Shown here: positions 8,825 through 16,850 of the stretch, one piece after another
How positions within the stretch are numbered: the stretch's first letter is position 1
Layout: every line of letters starts with the position of its first letter
Origin: Ktedonobacteraceae bacterium
Lineage (GTDB): Bacteria; Chloroflexota; Ktedonobacteria; Ktedonobacterales; Ktedonobacteraceae
DNA: 48,905 bases
Direction of reading: 5' to 3'
Assembly (NCBI GenBank): GCA_035533955.1
Contig: DATLSW010000273.1
Location: forward strand, 1-48,905
Program-made: the position numbers and the translations under genes
Notes under the pieces: generated by a model
Told to the model about the DNA's origin: nothing
The model's input: only the letters and a program-made list of their open reading frames with translations
Database searches by the model: none

Positions 8825-9991
8825 ATGAAACCGCTGCGTATTATTGTCGTTGGCACGCTTGCATCCAACCCATATGCAGGAATGGCCTGGATGCATATGC
8901 AGATCGCGGCCGGCTTGCAACGGCTGGGACATGACGTTTACTACTTCGAAACCACCTCCGCCTGGCCCTATGACCCCATACGCCAGGAGATAGTCGGGGA
9001 TTCGGACTACGCGCTGCCATATCTGGCGCGGCTCGCGGAAAGCTTTGGGCTGGGAGGTCGCTGGGCTTACCGGCGCAGTTACTCGGATAAAGAGTGGTTT
9101 GGTTTGAGCCGCGGCAAGGCTGAGGATTTACTTGCGCACGCCGATGCCGTATTGAATGTGGCAGGAGCAACCAAGCTTGGTGAGGAAGGATTGAAAGTAG
9201 GACGCCTGATATATTATGGCACCGATCCTGTATTCGACGAGATTGCCTTTGCCAATGGAGATGAAAATACGCGCAGATTCATTGCGGAGCATGATGACAT
9301 CATCACTTATGGCGAGAACATTGGTAGACCAGATTGCCCAATACCATCCTTGCCTGGTCTTTGCGCCAGAACGCGCCAGCCAGTCTTACTCGATCTCTGG
9401 CAGCGTAATCCTCCTTTAAGGAAAACGTTCACCACTGTGAGCAATTGGAAGCAGGACGGACATGATATCGATTTCCAGGGTGAAACCTACTATTGGAGCA
9501 AGCATTATGAGTTTATGAAGATTCTGGGCCTGCCGCGGCTGGTAGATCAACCTCTCGAGCTGGCTATGGGATTGGCCTACCTTCAGCCTGACACGCTGAA
9601 CATGCTTGAGTCGAACGGCTGGCGCTTAGCCGACGCGCAGACATTTTCTATGGACCCCTGGCTCTACCGCGATTATGTGCAGGCTTCACGCGGTGAATTT
9701 ACGGTTGCCAAAGATCAGAACGTGCGCCTGCGCAGTGGCTGGTTTAGCGAGCGCAGCGCCTGCTACCTGGCGGCCGGGCGACCGGTAATCACCCAGGACA
9801 CAGGCTTTGGAACGGTCTTGCCTACCGGGGAGGGATTGTTCGCATTTAACACTATGGAAGATATCCTGGTCGCTTTCGAAGCCATCAACGCGGACTACGA
9901 AAGGCATAGCAAGGCGGCCAGAGCCATTGCAGAGCAATACTTCAGGGCGGAGACGGTCCTGGCGAAACTTCTAGGCGATTTAGGATTTTGA
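8825..9991 (+). CDS. GT-B-fold glycosyltransferase-like protein (CgeB / Glyco_trans_1_2-like), paralog B
   Basis: Colinear with the 2168..3298 product: FTTVSNW, LELAM, SRGEFTVAK, CYLAAGRPV, EGLFAF, DYERH, AEQYFRA. ATG 8825 lies 9 nt after GGAG; ATG 8819 and TTG 8810 are alternatives. Confidence 0.6.
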   Translation: MKPLRIIVVGTLASNPYAGMAWMHMQIAAGLQRLGHDVYYFETTSAWPYDPIRQEIVGDSDYALPYLARLAESFGLGGRWAYRRSYSDKEWFGLSRGKAEDLLAHADAVLNVAGATKLGEEGLKVGRLIYYGTDPVFDEIAFANGDENTRRFIAEHDDIITYGENIGRPDCPIPSLPGLCARTRQPVLLDLWQRNPPLRKTFTTVSNWKQDGHDIDFQGETYYWSKHYEFMKILGLPRLVDQPLELAMGLAYLQPDTLNMLESNGWRLADAQTFSMDPWLYRDYVQASRGEFTVAKDQNVRLRSGWFSERSACYLAAGRPVITQDTGFGTVLPTGEGLFAFNTMEDILVAFEAINADYERHSKAARAIAEQYFRAETVLAKLLGDLGF

Positions 9992-10080
9992 TCTACTGAT
10001 CTTATTCCGACTGGAAACGCCGCTTGATCGCGGCCAGAGCTTCGCGCTTATCCGGTTGGATAAGGAGGATGGATGGGAAA

Positions 10081-10800
10081 ATGAAGCGATATTTGATCGT
10101 TAATGCCGACGATTTCGGTCTGAGTTTTGGCGTGAACCGGGGTATCATCGAGGCATTTGAGCATGGAATTGTGACGAGTACCAGCTTGATGGTCAACTGG
10201 ATTGGAGCAGCGGAGGCGGCTGCTTACGCTCGCAGGCATCCTAAATTGAGTATCGGGCTGCACCTGGACCTTGGTGAGTGGGCGTATCGAAATGGAGAAT
10301 GGGTAATCTTATACGAGGAGGTTCCCCTGGATGATGCTCAATCCATAGAAAACGAGGTAGCGCGCCAGCTTGCCTCGTTCCGCTTCTTTCTTGGCAAAGA
10401 TCCTGCCCATATCGACTCCCACCAGCATGTTCATCGCGAGGAACCGGTACAAGCCATAGTAGCCAGGGTTGCGCGGGAGCTATCAATCCCATTGCGACAT
10501 TTCAATCCAACAGTCGGCTATTGCGGGAATTTCTACGGACAGACGGCTGAGGGCGAGCCATTTACCGAAGCCATCAGTGTAGAGGGGCTGATCAAAACGC
10601 TAGAAGCATTGCCTTCCGGCATTACGGAACTCTGCTGTCATCCCGGCTACAGCGAAGAACTGGATACGATGTATAGAGCGGAACGCGCAAGAGAAGTGCA
10701 GACGCTGTGCGACCTCAGAGTGTGGGCCATCCTCGACGGGTTGGAGATAGCATTGTGTTCATTCGATGATATTGGCGAAATCGTGTCATCGGGTATCTGA
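10081..10800 (+). CDS. YdjC/ChbG/HpnK-family carbohydrate deacetylase
   Basis: MKRYLIVNADDFGLS...TSTSLMVN...HLDLGEW...HIDSHQHVH are YdjC-family hallmarks. Start moved from the track's 10024 to ATG 10081, just before the conserved NADDFG block. Confidence 0.85.
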   Translation: MKRYLIVNADDFGLSFGVNRGIIEAFEHGIVTSTSLMVNWIGAAEAAAYARRHPKLSIGLHLDLGEWAYRNGEWVILYEEVPLDDAQSIENEVARQLASFRFFLGKDPAHIDSHQHVHREEPVQAIVARVARELSIPLRHFNPTVGYCGNFYGQTAEGEPFTEAISVEGLIKTLEALPSGITELCCHPGYSEELDTMYRAERAREVQTLCDLRVWAILDGLEIALCSFDDIGEIVSSGI

Positions 10801-10833
10801 TCCGGCGAGTCCTGGACACAGCCGAAACCCCGC

Positions 10834-11103
10834 TCATGATCCGATGTCGTCCATCAGTATCTTGCTTCCTGCTTCTCGTACTCCTGGTTCCCGACTCATC
10901 GCAGGACGAGATGCGCCAAAGCGTGGCTCCTGCTCCCATGCCGGATGCACCACGCGCCGTGACGGGAGTGTTTCGTCCATCAGCAGCGCGACCAGCACTC
11001 CACTCATGATCATGAGGGCGGCGGCGAACCAGAAGCCCGCCAGCAGTCCAAAGGCATCCGCGACGATCCGTTCATACACCCAGGCACAGGGGGTATCCAT
11101 CAA
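10834..11103 (-). pseudogene. possible 3' remnant of a transporter gene (one TM helix plus tail)
   Basis: ERIVADAFGLLAGFWFAAALMIMSGVLVALLMDETLP reads like the last helix of an MFS-type transporter. No upstream coding sequence is present, because the REP-like hairpin abuts it. Could also be a genuine small membrane protein or noise. Confidence 0.2.
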
Positions 11104-11138
11104 CTTTTTGCAAACTTACGCCGGTTGATGTATGGAGG

Positions 11139-11165
11139 CCAGGGCGACCCTTGCGGTCGCCCTGG
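11139..11165. repeat. REP-like perfect hairpin CCAGGGCGACC-CTTGC-GGTCGCCCTGG
   Basis: 11-bp perfect stem with a 5-nt loop and no flanking T-run. Same core as 8775..8797. Confidence 0.7.
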
Positions 11166-11233
11166 CACTTTGCAAACTGTTGCCCAGGCTCATGAGCGAA
11201 ATCCATTATCAGGCGTTGAACGCTCTTATGCCA

Positions 11234-11683
11234 TCACCTGGAAGAACTGAGAGAGGCAATCACTCGTTCCAGGCGAGTTCGCGCCTCGCCTGCCAGTTGT
11301 TGTAATGCGGGATTGTGAACGATGCCGAGCATTGCAACGGGATCGGCAATTTCTACACGCGTCCTTTTCCCCTTATCTCCAGCGTCGTCATGCGCTTCAT
11401 AAACGACGACGTTACAGGGCAGCAGCAATCCGACATCGTGATCAAGCTCAAGGGCTCGATGCGCAAGTTGGGGATTGCAGGCTCCAAGAATGGAGTAACG
11501 CTCGTAATCTATGTTGAGTTTGGCTTTCATCGTTGCCTGAACATCGATCGTAGTGAGTACTCCAAACCCTTCAACTTTTAGCGCCTCTGTCACACGCTCG
11601 ACTGCCTCATCAAACGGCAGGTTGACCGTAGTGCCAAATCCATAGTCGGGACCTTTCGTTGTAGGCGGTTGTGTATTTGTCAT
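11234..11683 (-). CDS. DUF302 domain protein
   Basis: GFGTTVNLPFDEAVERVTEALKVEGFGVLTTIDVQATMKAKL...YSILGACNP...LLPCNVVVYE is the DUF302 pattern. Start set at MTNTQPP, after AGGAAG. Confidence 0.75.
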   Translation of the reverse strand: MTNTQPPTTKGPDYGFGTTVNLPFDEAVERVTEALKVEGFGVLTTIDVQATMKAKLNIDYERYSILGACNPQLAHRALELDHDVGLLLPCNVVVYEAHDDAGDKGKRTRVEIADPVAMLGIVHNPALQQLAGEARTRLERVIASLSSSR

Positions 11684-11855
11684 TGTCGTTTCTTCCTTTC
11701 CGATTGGAAATGTCATCTGCACATTTGCGGGGTGTGTCCTCATGCAAAAAGTGCGATAACAATACTATAGATTACGCGCATCAATTATCTTTGCGCTTAA
11801 TAGGCGATAGATGAAGTTGAGTACCTTGTGAACGCACGGTTCATCGTCGCAACCC

Positions 11856-12065
11856 TCAAGTACTGCCGCCTGTACTACTATCGCAGCTACTGCTGCTCAA
11901 ATTGCCGGTAACACCACTATTCATTCGCTGTGCAACCTGCGAGATACGACGCTGCACATATGTATGACCGCACTGCGGGCAGGGTACCGCGTCAGCCTGG
12001 CTGAAGCTCACAATTTTTTCAAATGCCGCTCCACATTGGGAGCAGCGATACTCATACATCGGCAT
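11856..12065 (-). CDS. FmdB-family zinc-ribbon protein (CxxC_CxxC_SSSS type)
   Basis: MPMYEYRCSQCG...VPCPQCG plus the Ser-rich tail SSSSCDSSTGGST. Confidence 0.8.
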   Translation of the reverse strand: MPMYEYRCSQCGAAFEKIVSFSQADAVPCPQCGHTYVQRRISQVAQRMNSGVTGNLSSSSCDSSTGGST

Positions 12066-12124
12066 ATATATCCTATACCTCCCGTATTGTTTCTCCGCTA
12101 CAGATTATTTTTTCGCGCTGATGG

Positions 12125-12589
12125 TTACTTGCTGGCATTGAAACCTAGCGTACGCGCCTGTGAAGCAAACTGCTCTTGTATGCCTACACATACCACATCA
12201 CATAACGTCAATGCTGTACGATCAGCGATCGCATAGTAGATACTGGTTCCCACTTTACGACGACTCACCAGTCCTCCCTGCATCAAGGCGGCCAGGTGTT
12301 TGGAAACATTGGGCTGCCCGGCTCCTGTAAGCGAGACGAGTTCTCCCACGTTACGCTCTCCGGCTGTAAGCGCAGCCAGTAACTTGAGGCGCAGCGGTTC
12401 GCTAAGCAACCGGAAACGAGCCGCAATCAGGTCGAGCAGCGGTTCGGAAAATCCATGCTCGCTATCGACCAGAGTCCATAAAGCAGACGGAATTATACTT
12501 TCTTTCTCAGCGATCTCTTCTCCATCTCTGCATAAAACCGTTTCTTGTTGATCCATACACATCATCCTTCTCAATTGTTCAGCCAGCAA
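12125..12589 (-). CDS. ArsR/SmtB-family transcriptional regulator (copy 1)
   Basis: LLSEPLRLKLLAALTAGERNVGELVSLTGAGQPNVSKHLAALMQGGLVSRRKVGTSIYYAI is the winged HTH. Cys residues lie in the N-terminal extension and in a C-terminal CDVVC. The true start may be an internal Met. Confidence 0.85.
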   Translation of the reverse strand: MLAEQLRRMMCMDQQETVLCRDGEEIAEKESIIPSALWTLVDSEHGFSEPLLDLIAARFRLLSEPLRLKLLAALTAGERNVGELVSLTGAGQPNVSKHLAALMQGGLVSRRKVGTSIYYAIADRTALTLCDVVCVGIQEQFASQARTLGFNASK

Positions 12590-12680
12590 ATCTCAGACGT
12601 TGGCGCATAAGAGATACTCCAACAGACCGGTACAAATATTTCCTCGCACGAGCATCTATTGGTATTTCTTACCTAAAGCA

Positions 12681-12725
12681 TTGACTCTATGACTATATAG
12701 TAATATAATTATAGACATCTGTCAA
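12681..12725. promoter_or_regulatory. face-to-face divergent sigma-70-like promoters sharing a 13-4-13 inverted-repeat operator
   Basis: Plus strand: TTGACT (12681..12686), 17 nt, TATAAT (12704..12709). Minus strand: TTGACA (12725..12720), 17 nt, TACTAT (12702..12697). Inverted repeat TCTATGACTATAT (12686..12698) / ATATAATTATAGA (12703..12715) matches 11 of 13 and covers both -10 boxes. Confidence 0.6.
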
Positions 12726-12794
12726 TAGGTTCCGTACTCACTGAAATGTAAAGTACGGAAAGTGAGCAGAACAAGTCAGCAATAGTAAAGGATA

Positions 12795-13148
12795 ATGACA
12801 ATGTTCCAACGATTTTTTGGAGGATCGAACTCTACCATTCCAGCGATCAGCCCGCCTGATGCCTGGAAACGGCTCTCCCAAACTGGTGCAAAGCCAGTCC
12901 TCATCGATGTACGAGAAGGTTGGGAATTTAAGAGCGGCCATGCGAAAGGAGCTAAAAATATTCCTCTGAGCCAGATACAGGAGCGAGTAGGAGAAGTGCC
13001 GCGCGATCGCGAAGTTCTGCTTATTTGCCAGAGCGGACACCGCAGTATGCGGGCGGCCAAATTCTTGCAAGATCAAGGCATTGAGCAGATCGTGAATGTG
13101 ACAGGAGGCACCACTGTCTGGAAAATGCATGGAATCCCTATGGAATAG
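12795..13148 (+). CDS. single-domain rhodanese-like sulfurtransferase
   Basis: VLIDVRE..EF..GHAKGAKNIPL and the active-site loop CQSGHRS. ATG 12801 is an equally good start. Confidence 0.85.
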   Translation: MTMFQRFFGGSNSTIPAISPPDAWKRLSQTGAKPVLIDVREGWEFKSGHAKGAKNIPLSQIQERVGEVPRDREVLLICQSGHRSMRAAKFLQDQGIEQIVNVTGGTTVWKMHGIPME

Positions 13149-13183
13149 AGCGAGCGAAAAAGTTCGTGCCTGTTGAAAAAGTT

Positions 13184-13217
13184 CTGCCAGTTCCTCAACC
13201 TGTTGAGGGACTGGCAG
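13184..13217. terminator. 16-bp hairpin between convergent genes (T-run on the minus-strand side)
   Basis: CTGCCAGTTCCTCAAC / GTTGAGGGACTGGCAG. On the minus strand it is followed by AACTTTTTC. Confidence 0.6.
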
Positions 13218-13251
13218 AGCTAACGACTGTTTGTCATACTACTTTTATTTG

Positions 13252-13608
13252 TCACTCTGTCTCTGCGTTGGTATCCTGGAGATGGAGAACCAGTTCCTGG
13301 CGCAACTTCTCGTCTCGATCGAGCTGGTTCATGAGGATTTCGGTGATGATGTTGAACGCCTGCATGATGCGCTTATCAGATAGGCTGTAGTAGATGGTGA
13401 CGCCTTCGCGGCGCGAGTTGACGATATTGGTGGAGCGCATGACGGCCAGGTGTTGCGAGAGATTCGCCATGCGTACACCCGTTGCTTCGGCCAGGTCGCC
13501 CACACTGCATTCGCCGCGCTCGTCCAACAATTGAAGCAGTTCCAACCGCAGCGGATTGGCGAAAACAGAGCAGAGTTCGGCGTGCCGCCGGTAAAATTCT
13601 TTATCCAT
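13252..13608 (-). CDS. ArsR/SmtB-family transcriptional regulator (copy 2)
   Basis: HAELCSVFANPLRLELLQLLDERGECSVGDLAEATGVRMANLSQHLAVMRSTNIVNSRREGVTIYYSL. Confidence 0.85.
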   Translation of the reverse strand: MDKEFYRRHAELCSVFANPLRLELLQLLDERGECSVGDLAEATGVRMANLSQHLAVMRSTNIVNSRREGVTIYYSLSDKRIMQAFNIITEILMNQLDRDEKLRQELVLHLQDTNAETE

Positions 13609-13771
13609 AAATGGTCTTTTGCTACCCCTTCGCGCAGCTCGCGCGATCTTTCCTGGCTACACAACAGCCTGAACTTCACAGCAAACTGACTTTTCGTCTC
13701 TAACAAAGACGAATACAAACCACCTCTTTATCACTATTGTCGCACAATTGGACATTCAAAGCAAGCGATCT

Positions 13772-13984
13772 TTATCCATTTGATGAGCTATCCTGGGCGG
13801 AAGACTCCTTCGCGGCCCAGATCTGTTTCAGACGCTGTACAATGACGGCGCGCATCTGGCGATTAATGAAGCCCTGTTCTTCCCAACGATTGAGCAGGTT
13901 GGCGATCTCTTCGCGGCTGCGCGATGGATCGCCTGCCAGCATCTGCGCGAAATTTTCAATAACTGCCTCTAACTCCATACTCAT
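13772..13984 (-). CDS. 70-aa helical protein of unknown function, last gene of the shdr operon strand
   Basis: MSMELEAVIENFAQMLAGDPSRSREEIANLLNRWEEQGFINRQMRAVIVQRLKQIWAAK... Start set at ATG 13984, after AAGGTGAG. The track's longer ORF (to 14161) overlaps the upstream gene. Confidence 0.4.
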   Translation of the reverse strand: MSMELEAVIENFAQMLAGDPSRSREEIANLLNRWEEQGFINRQMRAVIVQRLKQIWAAKESSAQDSSSNG

Positions 13985-14090
13985 CTTGCTCACCTTACCA
14001 TGATATAACCGACGACCGGTAAAATTGGCACAAGAAGGCATAGCAGCAGGCTCAGGCAGATAGACTCGTCGAGCATACCTCGTCTCCGGC

Positions 14091-14663
14091 TCAGATGAAC
14101 AGGGAAACGTCGGCATCCTTCGCGTAGTCGATGAAGTGGGTCGCTCCGCACACCTGCTCAACGCCGTCGATAAAATCCTCTGACTTATAGCCGAAAACGT
14201 CCATCGTCATACCGCAAGGCATCAGTTTGACACCGGCTTCAACCGCCATTTCCAGCAGTTCTTCAATCGTCGCGACGTTATGGGCCTTAAACATCTTCTT
14301 CATGATCGTCGTTCCCATCGCCGTCATGCCAGGTATCGCGCCGACGATGTTGGGTACAGGCATGGGCATAGCTGGATTCCCCAGAGGCGCAACGCTCAGA
14401 TGTTTCTTCTTGTGAATGATGTTCAGGCCGTAGAATGTGAAGAAAATGCCTACGTCCCAGCCCAGAGCCGCCGCTGTCGTCGCCAGAATCAATGGAGGAT
14501 AGGCCCAGTCAAGCGTCCCCTTGGTGGCGATGATCGCGAGCCGTGGCGTGCGTGTCTCCTTCTCTGCCTCTTTCTCCTGTAAGTAAGCGTCCACTCGTTC
14601 GCGGATGAGACGCTCTATCTCAGGAGACAATCTTTCCTGCTGTGTTTCCGTCTGCATATCCAT
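14091..14663 (-). CDS. DsrE/DsrF/DrsH-like family protein (YrkE / PF13686-type)
   Basis: LAIIATKGTLDWAYPPLILATTAAALGWDVGIFFTFYGL...VKLMPCGMTMDVFG...ADVSLFI matches my memory of Bacillus YrkE-type proteins with the conserved Cys. The N-terminal ~45 aa form a charged helix. AAGGAG RBS. Confidence 0.7.
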   Translation of the reverse strand: MDMQTETQQERLSPEIERLIRERVDAYLQEKEAEKETRTPRLAIIATKGTLDWAYPPLILATTAAALGWDVGIFFTFYGLNIIHKKKHLSVAPLGNPAMPMPVPNIVGAIPGMTAMGTTIMKKMFKAHNVATIEELLEMAVEAGVKLMPCGMTMDVFGYKSEDFIDGVEQVCGATHFIDYAKDADVSLFI

Positions 14664-14753
14664 TGGGCAACTCCTTCCGCAAGCTCACCGCTTGCTGCTT
14701 TAGATAACGATGTTACTCCATATTCTACGTGCTAAAAGCACGCTGAACGCCCA

Positions 14754-15836
14754 TTATGCTGCTTCGTGCGTGCCACTTGCTTGCAAGATGACGCTCGCAA
14801 TATCGTCAGGAGTAACGCCTGGAGCCTGGATGTGGTAATCCTGCCAGAAGAGCGCGACGCGCTCGCGTAACTCCTGCTGCTCCAGCGCCGATCCCAACAA
14901 CACCTGCTCCAACGCGCCGATGGTATCCTGCGGATAGATGAAGAAATCGCCGCTGAGCGTCACATCATCCAGCAGTTGATCGCGCACGCGGATAGTCGCG
15001 CGGATCAATCCTCCGGGCGCTTTATAGGCTGCTTCCTGCACATGAATCCCTTCGGAAATCTTCACGCCGGGACGTTTCAGGCCGCCAGCTTGATCTAGCC
15101 ACTCTCGGCTGCTGAACACCTCGCGCAGCCTGACCATCTCGCGCAGTTCCCGTTCGGTCAGGTCGCCGAAATAGGCATCGACGCCGAGTGTTTCGGCGAT
15201 CTGGCTGATCAGGATGCGCTTTCCTTCGTCCCACGATGGCGCTCTGTCGCCAAGCTCGCGGCGAATCGTCGATAAATATTCGCGCAAGCTCTGGTACACC
15301 TTGTCGCGAAACTTTTCCGACGGGACTTTGAGGACGCGCGCCATCACTTCGTAATCGAAATCGAAAATCAGGCTGCCGACTACCACCATAGCCTCGCCGA
15401 TGGTGGCCGCGCCCGTCCCGCCAATTTTGCGTCCCTCGATCTGAATATCGTTGACGGGTCGATGCACTGCCGGAATGCCCATCGCGCGCAGCGCGTTGAC
15501 CGGCCCGGCAAGATAGCGCGAGTAGACATCCTCTATGCGATAGGGTGCGCGCGAGCGGTGAACGATGAAATGCCAGAAAAGCTGGTTTTTATCCAGGTAA
15601 ACCGCTCCACCTCCTACTTGCCGTCGTGTAACCGGCAGTCCGTGTTCCTCACAATAAGCCACGTCCACTTCTTTGTCCAACTCCTGGTGATAGCCGAGGC
15701 ATACATACGGCGTCGCCGGACTCACCAGCGTCAGCGTATCCTCGCTCGCCTCGGTCATCGCCGAGGCCACGGCATGATAGATTACCTGGCTATCGAGCCA
15801 GGGAACTGTGCCGCCATCAATGACGCGAAGTTTCAT
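14754..15836 (-). CDS. lipoate--protein ligase (LplA-like, sLpl(AB)-type)
   Basis: Biotin/lipoate A/B ligase fold: TLVSPATPYVCLGYHQ, RRQVGGGAVYLD, and GRKIGGTGAA carrying the catalytic Lys. Lies directly downstream of two GcvH-like genes. Confidence 0.8.
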   Translation of the reverse strand: MKLRVIDGGTVPWLDSQVIYHAVASAMTEASEDTLTLVSPATPYVCLGYHQELDKEVDVAYCEEHGLPVTRRQVGGGAVYLDKNQLFWHFIVHRSRAPYRIEDVYSRYLAGPVNALRAMGIPAVHRPVNDIQIEGRKIGGTGAATIGEAMVVVGSLIFDFDYEVMARVLKVPSEKFRDKVYQSLREYLSTIRRELGDRAPSWDEGKRILISQIAETLGVDAYFGDLTERELREMVRLREVFSSREWLDQAGGLKRPGVKISEGIHVQEAAYKAPGGLIRATIRVRDQLLDDVTLSGDFFIYPQDTIGALEQVLLGSALEQQELRERVALFWQDYHIQAPGVTPDDIASVILQASGTHEAA

Positions 15837-15893
15837 ATCGCACCTTCCTCAATTTCCTGGACGAGCGCGGGAAGCGTCCCTGCTCTCTGCCCA

Positions 15894-16352
15894 TCAATCC
15901 ATGCAGCGATAGCATTGCAATTTGCGCGCCTCGATTTTCTCGCGATATTCTGCAACAGCCTGCACTTGCGGCAGCAGAAGCGGCCATTCCTCGTCAAAGC
16001 GAGTCGGCTTTAATCGTATCATCCAGCCGTTGCCATACGGGTCTTTATTCGCCAACAAGATGTTCTGCTTGAAGCCAGCTTCGTTCGTCGCGACGATCTC
16101 GCCTGTGAGCGGCGTCGGAAATGGGCCAACCCACTTGGCGCTTTCTATCGTCGCCGCACTCTGACCGCGCTGCAATGTCCGTCCTATCGCTTTGAAGCGG
16201 ATATGTACGAATTTCCCGCACTGCGCCTGCGCCGGATCGGTCATGCCCATTGTTACGCAGCCGTCTTCGTCGCGCCGCAGCCACACATCGTGTTCCACAT
16301 CAAAATAGCAATCTTCTGGAAACTCGCACCCGCGATAGATCACCGAGGTCAC
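15894..16352 (-). CDS. lbpA: GcvH-like lipoate-binding protein LbpA (copy 2)
   Basis: GMTDPAQAQCGKFVHI...GQSAATIESAKWVGPFPTPLTGEIV...DPYGNGWMIRLKP, with the lipoyl-Lys in ESAKW. Start set at GTG 16352, 9 nt after GGGAGGG. This avoids the 70-nt overlap implied by the track ORF. Confidence 0.8.
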   Translation of the reverse strand: MTSVIYRGCEFPEDCYFDVEHDVWLRRDEDGCVTMGMTDPAQAQCGKFVHIRFKAIGRTLQRGQSAATIESAKWVGPFPTPLTGEIVATNEAGFKQNILLANKDPYGNGWMIRLKPTRFDEEWPLLLPQVQAVAEYREKIEARKLQCYRCMD

Positions 16353-16374
16353 GTATTGTTTCCCTCCCGCGTTG

Positions 16375-16812
16375 TTACGCGCAGTGAATGCCCTTTTCAT
16401 CGAGCAATTGCTGGTAGAGGGCGACGCCTTCATCGCCCGTGACAAGGCTTTTGCACTCTTCGCCCCAGTTTGCCGGTTTCACCTTGACGATCCAACCTTC
16501 GCCATACGGGTCCTGGTTGAGCAGACCGGGATTCTTCTTGAGCGCTTCGTTGATAGCTACCAGTTCGCCGCCCACGGGCAGCGGAACCGGCCCGACCCAC
16601 TTACCGCTTTCAACCGTTCCCGCGCTTTGCCCCTTGCTGAGTGCCTTGCCCACCTTCTTCGGGCTGACCGCAATCACTTTGCCGGCCAGGTGTTGCGCCA
16701 CATCGGTCACGCCGACCGTCACCACTGAATCCGCGTCTAAGCGCGCCCAGATATGTTTGTCAACCAGGTAGTAGAGATTTTCCGGGATATTGCACCCGTT
16801 CGCTTTTGCCAT
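16375..16812 (-). CDS. lbpA: GcvH-like lipoate-binding protein LbpA (copy 1)
   Basis: GVTDVAQHLAGKVIAV...GQSAGTVESGKWVGPVPLPVGGELV...DPYGEGWIVKVKP, with the lipoyl-Lys in ESGKW. Confidence 0.85.
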   Translation of the reverse strand: MAKANGCNIPENLYYLVDKHIWARLDADSVVTVGVTDVAQHLAGKVIAVSPKKVGKALSKGQSAGTVESGKWVGPVPLPVGGELVAINEALKKNPGLLNQDPYGEGWIVKVKPANWGEECKSLVTGDEGVALYQQLLDEKGIHCA

Positions 16813-16850
16813 ACTGTTGTTCCGTCCCTCTCATTGTATGTTATCAGGCT

